NCBI GenBank assembly: GCA_026026165.1
Contig: JAPEUD010000031.1
Span: 62,001 to 126,000, forward strand
DNA: 64,000 bases
Reading direction: 5' to 3'
Origin: Sarea resinae
Lineage: Eukaryota
Positions 37,624 through 48,203 of the stretch are shown here, piece after piece. The position numbers were made by a program, and so were the translations under genes. Within the stretch, counting starts at the first letter, position 1. Every line of letters starts with the position of its first letter. The notes beneath the pieces were generated by a model that did not search any database, was not told the DNA's origin, and saw only the letters and a program-made list of their open reading frames with translations.

Positions 37624-39798
37624 AGGGTTTGAGGGCGGGGTTTAATGTGACACGATCGATATACGAGTCGGAGCGATTGGGATGCCAATAGTGGAGGAGA
37701 AAACGGACAAAGACGCGGCCCCGGTGTCTGGCGTCGACTGATTGCTGAGAATACGACGCAAGCCAGCGGACCACGATCCGTAGACTGCCGTCCGGAAATT
37801 GCCACGTCCATCTCATTCTTGTTTCTTTCTGTCTATTCTGTCATCTGTTCATCCATCCACCCAGGCGTTGTTTTACTGTCTTGATCTGGCCAGAATACCA
37901 ATTTGCGAACTCTTCCATCGTTTCAGCGTCATCGTCATCGTTCTTTGTTGTACCTATGCGTTCTGTATCTGTTTGTACTTTGTCTCCTTCAAATCTCAAC
38001 GACGCAAGTACTAGGTAATCATTCCCCGCCTACCGCATCGATCATCGTTGTCATCGACTTTATCGGATCATCCATTTCATTTGATTTACTAGCCGAGACC
38101 AATTGACCAAGGTACACTGTGAGCGTTGAGCGTGGGATGACTTTGGCGCTCATTGACCTTGGCAGTCTCTCTCTCTCTCTCTGCATATAACGATACCACC
38201 AAATCTCTCCTCACAGATGCAAGCGTCGCAGTAATTACCGCCAGATGTGTACGCAGTGGTGCGTGCAGGTTGCTTCTTTCGTACTGGGGTACAGCTACCT
38301 AAATGACGGGACGTGTTGACTCATTCATTTAGACTCCAGGGACCGGACGAGGTACGAGGCACGAAGTACTGACATGAGACCGTACGGTAGATTGGTACGA
38401 AGTACTTGGTACCTAGCCATCATTTGCCGGGTGGGATGAGAGTCACAGGACCTCGGGATGCCGAGGGCGTAGTTCCAAGACTTTAGGCTATCAGTATTAT
38501 TTAGTTCGTCGTTCTTTGGCGATATCGCAGATTCACGGGTTTGCGGGTTGGCGGCTTGGTGTGTGTGGGGATGAAGATTTGACGGCGTGGTTCTTGACTT
38601 TTTCGGAATCAGCCCAAGGTAATCGAGGTACCTCGTCGGGAGCGAGAGACGAGGATCATCGCTGCAGATGGGATGGCTCGTCATCTCCTTCGATTTCGTT
38701 CTCTGATCCTTGGTCTTCCTGGTCTCCACGTGTGGTGGTTCGTGCGAACGTGTCGTGCAGATGAGGCCATGGATTGAGGTGGAGAGGTGGAGAGGTGGAT
38801 GATGATTCAGATCGTCGCAGATTCTCGTCCTTGGTTCGCTCTTGCGAGTGCATCTTTATCGAGACCCCAGCCTTTCCGGTAAGCACTCCAGTCGTGGGGC
38901 CTGATAGCTGATGGACGGGCTACTGTATCGCAACTCAGAGATCTGTCTGGCGGCTGCATCTTGCCCGGGGCACGGGCGGTGTTGTTGTTGTTGTTGTCGT
39001 CGTCGTTGTGCCAAGAAGATTAGGTTTTGCTAGGACAGACTACTACGACGTCGCGTCTCTTCCGGACGGCGTGCGTCGTATTCGTACCTCGTGCCTCATC
39101 CAGGGTCCCGGTCTCCAGCGCTGCTGTGGGTCCCTGGATCGCCCTAACATGACCAACTTCCTCTGGTGCCAGTGCAGATTCGGAAAAACAGAGCGGGAAA
39201 CCCAATCGATTCGCATCAAGCTTTCGACCCGGTCTCGAACAGAGTGTGTCCCGTCGCGATGACTTGCCGCTTATTTGCTTGTCGATGAAGGATCCCACGT
39301 GCTCTAACCTAAATCTGGCAGGAAAGCCGGATCTCTGGTCCTTGCATGGATGCACGCATCAATCAACGCACGGAGAGCGACTGACCCCACACACATCCAT
39401 CTCATTAGTTTTCTCCGCACCCCGCTTCTCCGCCCTTTGCTGACCTTGTTCGCAATCCCCACAATCTCCACCGGGCGTTGGGCCGTCCTCTTGATTCGAC
39501 GTTCCGATGGCGGGCCTGGATGGAGTCACCCGTCGAAGGCAGCAGTTGCCCTTCCACCGGCCGTGCGGTGCCGGTTTCGAGGGCGTTGAAGGATTCGGCC
39601 CCACAGGAGACCCGGGTGTAACCTGCTGCAAGGGAGAAACATTCATCCAAGCAGCAGCGGGGAGGTGGGAGCACAAACCCGTTGGGCGGCAGTATATCCC
39701 AGCCGCTCTCCCCATCTTTCGATCCTCAGCACCCAAAGCTTCATCGTGTCTGCTTGCGACCGAGATCGACCATTGCTCATCAGCTCGCAAAAGGCAAG

Positions 39799-41579
39799 AT
39801 GGCCACCTACGCAGCCGACGAAGAGGCCTATGGCACACCTCCACTGGGTACCGGTGAAGCCAGCCCGGAGTCTGAGAAGATGAGCGTCAGCCGGTACATC
39901 ATGACGCGCATACCGACTCTCAAACCGCCCATGGCCAAGGCCCCCAATCCGTTCAAGCTCCTTTGTCTGCTCAACGTCCAGCAATGGCTCTTCTTCTCTG
40001 TACGTGTGCCCATCTGAAAATGGCACAGCGCATGCTAATTCTCCGAACAGGTTGCTTTTTGTGGCTGGACATGGGATGCATTCGACTTCTTTGTGAGCGA
40101 GGCCATCACGGATTCTTGAAACTCCCACAGCTGACTCGTCTCGACAGACCGTTTCCCTTACTGTTGAGGATTTGGCGGAATCTTTTGGAAAGACTAAAAA
40201 GGACATTACGTGGGGCATCACTTTAGTGCTCATGTTACGATCCGTCGGCTCGATCTCTTTTGGTATCGCGGCAGATCGATATGGCCGGAAATGGAGTATG
40301 TATCTGCCACATGGCGCAATGAATCAGATGCTAACTGCGCCCTAGCATTTATCGTGAACAATATCCTGTTCATCATTCTGGAGCTGGGCACCGGCTTTTG
40401 CCAAACATACAAGCAGTTTCTCGCCGTTCGCGCTCTCTTCGGCATCGCGATGGGAGGCCTCTATGGAAACGCCGCGGCCACCGCGCTCGAGGACTGCCCA
40501 GACGCTGCTAGAGGGATCGTATCCGGCATGCTCCAGCAAGGTTATGCGTTTGGATACCTCCTTGCTACTGTCTTCTACCGAGCACTGGTAAATACCACAT
40601 CTCACGGCTGGAGACCGCTATTTTGGTTCGGCGCTTGCCCCCCAGTGCTTATCATCCTCTTCCGGCTCTGCCTGCCCGAGACCAACACGCACATTGAGCG
40701 CCACAAGGTCCGACAGGCAAACGGAAACATTGGCAAGACATTCATCTCCGAAGGAAAAGTGGCCCTGAAGCGTCATTGGCTTCTGTTGTGTTACATGGTC
40801 CTTCTCATGGCTGGCTTCAATTTCATGGTAGGCTTTGAATGCAAATGCAAAAAAAAGCCAATGCTGACAAACCACCCCAGTCCCACGGCTCCCAAGATCT
40901 CTACCCGACCATGCTCGGCAGCCAATATGGCTTCTCTCCCGACGCCATCACCGTCACCCAAGTCGTCGCCAATCTCGGCGCCATGTCCGGCGGGACCGTC
41001 GTGGGCTACTGCTCTCAGATCTTCGGCCGGCGCTTTAGTATCATCGTCATGTGCGTCATCGGTGGTGCGCTGCTCTACCCGTACACGCTCATCAGCAGCA
41101 AACGCATCATCGCCGCCGCCTTTTTCGAGCAGTTCTGCGTCCAGGGCGCTTGGGGCGTGATCCCCATCCACCTGATGGAGCTCTCGCCGGGCTCTTTCCG
41201 CACCTTTGTCGTCGGCACCGCCTACCAGCTCGGCAACCTTGCGTCGTCGGCCTCGTCGACTATCGAAACCACCATCGGCGAGCGCTTCCCGCTGCCGCCT
41301 AGCAAAACCGGCGAGTCGCGCTACAAGTACGGCCTCGTCATCTGCATCTTCATGGGCGCCGTCTTCGCCTACACCATTGTCCTGACGGCCATTGGGCCCG
41401 AGTATCGCGGCCGCAAGATGGGCGTCGCCCACGATGAGGATCTGGCTGCGGCCGCTGGCCAGGACACCGTCGAGCAGGTCATCAACAGGCCGATTGGCGG
41501 AGCCGAGGTCGATGTCGACGAGTTTGCCGAGGCTGAGAAGTCTCCCAAGGGGAGAGCGGAGCAAAAGGAGGTTGTCTGA
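39799..41579 (+). CDS. JEN1: Carboxylate/lactate transporter, JEN1-like (MFS, SHS family), multi-exon
   Basis: WTWDAFDFF, ADRYGRKW, GIAMGGLYGNAAATALED, SGMLQQGYAFGYL, NFM|SHGSQDLYPT signature, QGAWGVIPIHLMELSP, AYQLGNLASS. Confidence 0.92.
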
Positions 41580-41801
41580 ATAGGAGTTTTGTTTATTTTG
41601 TCTGTTGGTTTTCTTTGGAGTATCTCTATGAATATCTACGACTTTTCTATAAGGTCCTTCCAGGTCAATGGGGGCCAGGCTCTGTGGTATATCCGGCTAG
41701 AGATATAATCAGCAATGTTTATGTAAACGGCAGCTGCAAAGACAGGGTGGCGGGGAATCGTCGAGGCCCTTCTCTGCACAGGTTTTTCAATGATCTTCTA
41801 T

Positions 41802-41872
41802 CACATTCACCTACTTCGGCTTTGCACATTCACCTACTTCGGCTTTGCACATTCACCTACTTTGGCTTTACA
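41802..41872 (+). repeat. 23-bp tandem repeat x3 (CACATTCACCTACTTCGGCTTTG)
   Basis: Read directly: two perfect copies and one with C->T / G->A changes. Confidence 0.9.
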
Positions 41873-42411
41873 ATCCTTGCACAACTTTGACCTTGGCTGC
41901 TTTTAATCCTCGCCAGCTCTTCATAAAGCCACTAGATTACCTATAGTCTGCCATCTTGTCGAGTTTTCACGAGACGCAAAAACCCAATCATGACATTCCT
42001 ATGGTTCAATCAAAACCTACTAGTCCTCCTCCTAGCGGGCGTCCCTTGATTGACATGTTGCAGGAAATTAACATCCTTCAATCCTTCTTAAAAAAAACGG
42101 TCCTCTGTCTAACACGCAACTAGATCACCACTGTCTATCAGGCAACCTCTGACTTGCAAACGCTTCCTTAATACTACAACAAAACTCAAAACAGACGGGC
42201 TACAAAGAAAGACGCAGTGGCTTTGGAACTAAGTGTCCAGAGAATAGTCACTGCTTAAGAAACTTACCAGATCGAGCCAGGGCACCGAGTCTCAAGTCCG
42301 CCTTGAATCCTATGAATTCTACAAAGCAAGCAGGTCTTGAGCAGAGGAGTGGTCTGACTATGAAAAAACGTCAAAATTAAACGATCTGGGGCAACCACCA
42401 TACCGACTGCT

Positions 42412-43401
42412 CTACCTGTTGGCACGTCTTCTTCTGGTGGCCCTTCTTCCCGCAGCAGGGACCTCATCTTCCGGGGAGCCTAGTCCAGCTTCCTCGAGGG
42501 AGAAATCCTGAAACATCTGGATCATTTCTGGATCGGCTAGTGCTCCAGTAAACTCCCATTCTTCCTCGACGCCGGGAACTCTAAACTTCACGACTCTACC
42601 AGCGGCCGTTTCTTGCACATTGACTCGACTGCACGGATTGTAACGTGCCTCTGGACCTGGCGGAGCCACGTTCGGTCGAGCCACATTGACATAGTCGAGG
42701 TCAGAGACTGGCATCGACTAATGAAATCAGCGAAAAGTCGAGATTAGGGTTTCGGGTGCATACCTTGAAAAGCGTTCGGAGTCGGCACCACATGCCCATT
42801 GATGCATGCATTCGCTCATCATCCTTACCGGACAGTTGCATGCGCCAGACTCGAGACTCCTAGATTGTATCAGCAGAGTACCATGGCTATGGTTAGGACT
42901 TCTTACTTTGTTCGAGCCTTCTTTGGCGGTGAGCCATAGCTCAACCGAAAACGATTCGCGAAGCATGCGGACTCCGATGACATAGTCTGGATGGGGAATT
43001 GCAAATATCGCCACATCTTTCGTATCTTGCAGCATCTCTCTCTTGGCTGCTCGGGAGGATGACACCTGAAAGAGGGTGCGAGCTGCCTCGATCTTGACGT
43101 ACAGGCTAGCCTCCCATAGGCGGTGTTTCTCGTCGTCTTGGTCGTAGACGACGTTCAGCCCCTGTGTGTGGTACTCGTCCATCGGGGCCCATGCAAGGGA
43201 CTTGAGCGGTGCCTGGTGGACACCGGGGAGGCGTCGCTTTTGCAGCACGCCTAAATCACCCTCAGCTGTACGTCTGAGGACGCGTCTTCTGCGGAGAGGG
43301 ATTTGGGGAAAGGCCGATGAATCTATAGCCTTTTTGGCAGAGCTTGGGGGACGCTTCCCGGCATTGCCTTGCTGACGCGGGCCTCCCTTGTTTCTGGGCA
43401 T
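42412..43401 (-). CDS. Orphan protein, 3 coding exons
   Basis: Introns 42860-42906 (GTAAGA..GCTGAT..TAG) and 42718-42763 (GTATGC..GCTGAT..TAG) join ORF 43401 via ESRVWRMQLSGKDDERMHASMGMWCRLRTLFK to ORF 42714-42412 in frame. Confidence 0.65.
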
Positions 43402-43509
43402 CTGGATGAAGTAGGTGTCAGCAGGTAAGCTACAATCAATAGAACTAAAGGCTGAAGCGACGGAGAGAGCAGACCTTGAAGATTTTATCTGGTAGACTTG
43501 CTCTTCGAT

Positions 43510-43545
43510 GGGATGAGATGAGATGAGATGAGATGAGATGAGATG
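43510..43545 (+). repeat. (GATGA)n microsatellite
   Basis: Read directly. Confidence 0.9.
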
Positions 43546-44374
43546 CTTTTCTTTGATCGTGCTGTGGGTGGAAGCAGTGTCGATGTTGAGGATTCATTCA
43601 ATTGGTAGAGGGTTAGGGCTTCTCACCTTACTAGGTAGGCAGCGTGGATGATGAAAAGCTTGGTTACTGGCACTGGTCTTTGAAGGACGGTGTCTTGATC
43701 TTCTGTGGATGGATGCAGTGATGAGACTGAGGATTCAGTTCGATCGATGAAGGATGAGGGCTTCTTACCACAGGAAATGTGGATGATGGAAGATGTGGTC
43801 AAGGTAAGGTAAGCCGAAACTCGTCTGAGCTGATATTCCTCTGGTCTCTTCAGACCTACCTCACGCACGCTTATCAATCAGTCACTTACCTTACGAACGG
43901 ATGGACGGCCAGATGATTGAAATCTCTAAACAGGTCTTGTTGTCAACCAAGACTCTAACCTTCCCCTGGTTCATCTGCCGTGAGTTATACTCAAACTAAC
44001 AATCTAGTCTGATACACGACGAATTACAAGGGTTCTGTTATGTTTTGCCTCTAGTTCACGAAACATTTATCTTCATCAGATTCAAGTTTCCGTCCAAGTC
44101 TTCCTCGATTAAGCGGTTTGAGTAAGGTGAGAGTTGTGCTCTTTGACCAGTAGACAACGTCAAGATTGAGGCCTCACAAAGAGATAAGAGCGATTATGAG
44201 AGAAAGATGGCTTACGGCCTTGTCTACAAAACGATCCAACGATATCGCTAGCATACTTCATCAGGTTGCTAAAACCTTCCGTAGAGTGAAGATCGGTATC
44301 GAATACTGGGTAGTTCGAGGAATTGCTATGGAACTAACCCAAAAAGAAGAAGACAAAAGGAAGAAAAAGATAGT

Positions 44375-44453
44375 TGGAGCCCATAGGAGTCGAACCCATG
44401 AGAGCGCTCAGTTCAAAAAGGACCGGCGTGCGGTACCACTGGGCCAAGACCCC
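44375..44453 (-). tRNA. Atypical tRNA or tRNA-like Pol III gene (79 nt; identity uncertain, possibly Lys-TTT-like or a pseudogene)
   Basis: A-box TGGCCCAGTGG, B-box GGTTCGACTCC, T-arm ATGGG/CCTAT, acceptor stem GGGGTCT/GGGCTCC+A, T5 terminator just downstream; weak D-stem and a 24-nt anticodon arm. Confidence 0.65.
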
Positions 44454-44734
44454 TGTTATGATAACAGGAGTTGTTATACTTTAATGAAACCTCGAAGAGG
44501 AAGAGGTTCCAGGACGTAAGGTAAGTACTGTATGGACGCACCAAGCTATCTTCTGCCATTCAGGTACTTACCTTTAATCAATGTGAAGAGAACTCGGTCC
44601 CATAGATAAAACTAACCCTCCCACTATTCTATAGGACATGCAGCTAGATAAGACAACCTCGAGTCGAAAGCCCATCGTCCAACAAAATCTCAACGGATCG
44701 AAGCATGTCCCTCTAGATCCTTTGTCTCTCAGGC

Positions 44735-45406
44735 TCATGACGCCGTTGTCTGTCCAGCTTGAGCCAGCCTCACGAGCCCTTCCCCGTCCACGCGCATGCC
44801 CATCCACTCCGTCATGCCCACGGCCCCCAGGGATTCGTAGAACTTGATGCTGGGCTCATTCCACCGCAACACGCTCCACTCGAGCCTCTTGCCGCCGATT
44901 CGGACCGTCTCGGCCGCCAAGGCCCCGATCAGCGCCTTGCCGTACCCACGGCGCCGAAACGCGGGCCGGATGAAGAGATCCTCGAGGTAGACACCCGGCG
45001 CCGCCCGCCACGTGCTGTAATTTGTGAAGTACAGCGCTAGTCCGGCGATCTGCTCGGACGCAGTGTTCTTGCTGTCGGTGGACGGCGTGGAGACCGTGAT
45101 CAGGAACGTGGATGCGTAGCCTTGGCGCGGAGAGACGGAGTCGGCGAAATTGAGCGTGCGCAGCAGCGAGTCCGTCGTCGCTTCTACTGAAGAGGCAGCG
45201 TGCTCGTAGGCCGCGAGTTCGTGGATTAGGGCTAGGATCTCGTCGACGTCTAGGATGGGCAAGAGTGAGTCAAGGTACCTAAGTCTGTCTTTGGGATGAT
45301 GTGCTGGGAAAGCCGGAGGTCTAGCGGACTTGCCTTCACGCCGCGCTTGCCGGATCGTGGCTGGGCCTGTTGGTGTCATTGTCCGTATCTTGGGTCTGCT
45401 TTCCAT
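44735..45406 (-). CDS. GNAT N-acetyltransferase (SSAT/Ats1-like), 2 exons
   Basis: ILALIHELAAYE, GLALYFTNYSTW, GVYLEDLFIRPAFRRRGYGKAL, RLEWSVLRWNEPSIKFYESLGA. Confidence 0.92.
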   Translation of the reverse strand: MESRPKIRTMTPTGPATIRQARREGKSARPPAFPAHHPKDRLRYLDSLLPILDVDEILALIHELAAYEHAASSVEATTDSLLRTLNFADSVSPRQGYASTFLITVSTPSTDSKNTASEQIAGLALYFTNYSTWRAAPGVYLEDLFIRPAFRRRGYGKALIGALAAETVRIGGKRLEWSVLRWNEPSIKFYESLGAVGMTEWMGMRVDGEGLVRLAQAGQTTAS

Positions 45407-45794
45407 TACTGAAAACGCACTTGACGCGGTTGCAGGCACTGGAGCGAACACAAGACAAGCGATCCAGATTGAGATGTCGCGGGCTCAATGTCAAGCGTGG
45501 TGGGGTCCGAAGTGAGGCGGTGAGGCGAATTGAGTCCGTGACAAGGCTGGCAGAATCATGCGGGTAAGGTAGGGGCCACAAACGCCAAGGTCAGTATGCA
45601 ATTCACGTGACCGACTCCAGTGCTACTACACCACATCATCGACCACGGTCACACACGAGCACTCATAAAGCGATTCACAACGGTACCGGATATTTGGAGA
45701 AGAAAATGCATTATAGGTAAAAAAATAAGGCTTTGTTCGGGACAATGCTTGACGCTATGCTCGATTGGTTGCCTTGCGAAAAAAAACCCCATTT

Positions 45795-45942
45795 GAGTCT
45801 GCTAAAAGCACGTCCTCAAGGTAGAAGTGCTAAGTGCACGTTCTCTTAGAGTCTGCTAAAGTGCACGATTCTCTGTGATTTGGAAGAGTCTGCTAAAGTG
45901 CATGTCCGCTGAAGGTGGAGGAGTCTGCTAAATGCAAGTTCT
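45795..45942 (+). repeat. Five spaced copies of GAGTCTGCTAA(A)GTGCA
   Basis: Copies near 45796, 45825, 45849, 45886 and 45921; a related copy at 49882. Confidence 0.85.
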
Positions 45943-45987
45943 CAATCACGTCCTTGGTCATTTTCACCTTGGAACATACGGCTTGTC

Positions 45988-46665
45988 TTATTTGCCGTAT
46001 ATCTCATCAAAGGTTCGGAGAAGGTTTTCATATTGTTCCTCGCCGAACAGAGCAGGCTTTGTGTCTTCCTCATGTCTAGGCTCGCGCTGGGGCTCTGCAG
46101 CCTCTGGTTCAGCGGCCTTTGGCTGCTGCTGCTGCTGTCGCTGCCGGCCCGACCGCGGCGGAGGGCCGGTCTGCCGATCCCGATAGGATGGCGGGGCCCT
46201 TGATTGTCGCCTTGGTGGCGATCTGGAGCGGTCCCTGCCAGCGACTGCTCTGGCGAATGCCGCTGCTTGACCTTCCGTCTGGAAGGTGAGGTTGAACAGT
46301 CCGCCCGTGGCCTGGGCTTGGTTCGTCGGACCAGATCTGGCTTGGGGCGGCCGGCATCTAGGTTCGCGTTCGGCCCTCTGCTGGGGCCTCTGCTGGGGCT
46401 TCGGCCTCCAACAGTACCGTTCGGCGTGGCCGACTCTGCCACAGTTTCTGCACGTGGCTTTGCAGGCGTCTTTGTGCCGATTACCACATCGGTCACAGAC
46501 GGGGCGGGGGTTGGTGCACTGCCCGAGGTGCCCTTTGCCACAGTCCGGGCATTTCGGCTTGTCTTGCCTCCTCATTTTCGGAGGCACGCCAGCTGCCGCG
46601 GTCGGCTGGTCGACATCCATGGGCTGAGCCGCATGTTGAGAGAGAGACATGTCGTTACCCGACAT
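45988..46665 (-). CDS. Gag-nucleocapsid-like protein with three CCHC zinc knuckles
   Basis: CPDCGKGHLGQC and CDRCGNRHKDAC (Cx2Cx3Hx3C), CRNCGRVGHAERYC (Cx2Cx4Hx4C); Arg/Gln/Pro-rich tail with RSRSPPRR; two upstream 5'UTR introns. Confidence 0.8.
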   Translation of the reverse strand: MSGNDMSLSQHAAQPMDVDQPTAAAGVPPKMRRQDKPKCPDCGKGHLGQCTNPRPVCDRCGNRHKDACKATCRNCGRVGHAERYCWRPKPQQRPQQRAEREPRCRPPQARSGPTNQAQATGGLFNLTFQTEGQAAAFARAVAGRDRSRSPPRRQSRAPPSYRDRQTGPPPRSGRQRQQQQQPKAAEPEAAEPQREPRHEEDTKPALFGEEQYENLLRTFDEIYGK

Positions 46666-46964
46666 CTATAAAGGTAGGTTAGCTATGTCGTCTCATATGC
46701 AGTCGATCTTACCTTGATAAATCCAAAGCTATCAGCAGAAGAGATGATTAGACGTTAGCTGGCGTCATAGACTGTTTGGTCTGTCTTCTAAATACCTTTT
46801 GGAGGAGCTTTGTTGGTGGTGGTTGATGAAATTGATGTTCTTGGGCTTCGTCTTCTGTTGATGATGGGCAGCGTTTTTGGTTGAGAGAGAGAGGAAGAGA
46901 GGAAGAGAGGCTGTGGGATTATAGTACTCGGCTACGACGTTCAAGGCCTTAGGGCCCCGTGATT

Positions 46965-47055
46965 CACTGCGTGCTTTGTGATTCACTCAGTTGCGTATCT
47001 TATGGACTTATCTGTCTAGGTGAATGACACGTGTGAATGTGTGAGCTGGTTGTGT
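46965..47055. promoter_or_regulatory. Putative promoter block with GTGATTCAC repeats, duplicated at ~47820-47970
   Basis: gtgattcac..tttgtgattcact..atggacttatct..acgtgtgaatgtg occurs in the same order at both positions. Confidence 0.5.
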
Positions 47056-47327
47056 TTATAGGGCGATCTAAATGCCTTCTAAAGCCAGATCAAAGCTGCG
47101 TAGGCCTTTTCTTTGAGATCCTTGATAATGGAATGTATTTGAAGCTGATGCTTATATTTCCTTCTTGGTTGTTATAATTCTTGGTGGCTGTAATAACATA
47201 TGAGGCGCGCTGATATGTAACAGGCATATAAGTGTTCAATGCCCAACTTTTTCTGTTTCGTAAACTATTTTTTCTAGCGATCGCGCCCGCGTCTATACCG
47301 ACGACTGTGTATAATCTGATCGATTTC

Positions 47328-47760
47328 CTATTCTAGTCCTTTGGTTGCAACGTTTAAGACCGGCCCTAGTCGTCGATGTCTGAACTTCTTTGGCTGGGAT
47401 TTCGCCTCACATCCAGCCTTCTGCTCGGGAAAGAGTTCCCAGCGATGCTGTTCTGCGTGACCAACTTTACCGCAGGCACTGCAGCGGCGATTGCTTAAAC
47501 CGCCATGCATTCCCCGAAGTGCTGTCTTCCGCACGACAGACAGAGCCTTGTATTGCTTAGCTGTCTCTGGTATTCGGAAGCTGCCTTATTCTTTTTCCTG
47601 TAGATAGTAGCCTTGTTAATTAGAATAGTATAATCTTCTATAAATAAGGATAGTCTTAGGATAATAGATGATAGCCTTAGGTCTTATAAGCTTAAAGGCT
47701 ATATACTAAAGTAAGTAGGCTTGTGTTCTTGTTGTAGAGAAGATGAAGATAGAAGACGGA
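47328..47760 (-). pseudogene. Decayed (RIP-like) paralogue of the zinc-knuckle gene
   Basis: CLSCGRQHFGEC followed, after a stop and frame change, by CSACGKVGHAEQHRW; TA-rich flanks. Confidence 0.7.
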
Positions 47761-48203
47761 CCGCAGATATAGATTATCATATAGTCTAGCTACAGCGGTT
47801 TACGGCTTAGCTCTTTGTAATTGACTCGGTAGTTTGTGACTCACTGAGTGGATTATGAGTGGTTTATGATTCACTAAGTTGTTTGTGATTCACTTATTTT
47901 GTCTAAGTAATGGATTTATCTACCTATCCATGGATGTCAATAGGACGTGTGAATGTGAGTTGGCTGTGTCAACGGTGGGTGAATGACCTACTACCCACTC
48001 GTCAAACCATCACTCTCTCTCAGGCGTCCATCATTCCCACCCTCAACTCTTCTCTCATTGCCTTCTTCACTGCATCATCCACATCTACTGCATCGCATCA
48101 TATCTCGATTCTTACTGCCCTCTTCACTGCATCCGATCACATCTACTGCAAAAGGTACTTGAATAATCGCGTTCGTAAGGATATCAACTACGAGCGGAAA
48201 GAC

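Noticed and set aside
40791..41564. Long antisense ORF (also 11768-12526 and 60931-61524)
   Set aside because: Shadow frames of GC-rich coding exons on the opposite strand.
42800..42850. Apparent SWIM zinc finger (CNCPVRMMSECMH) in ORF 42727-43401
   Set aside because: It exists only in the unspliced frame. Removing the 47-nt intron 42860-42906 shifts the frame, and only that frame joins the last exon.
45795..45942. CRISPR-like array
   Set aside because: Eukaryotic context, short degenerate repeats, irregular short spacers, no cas genes.
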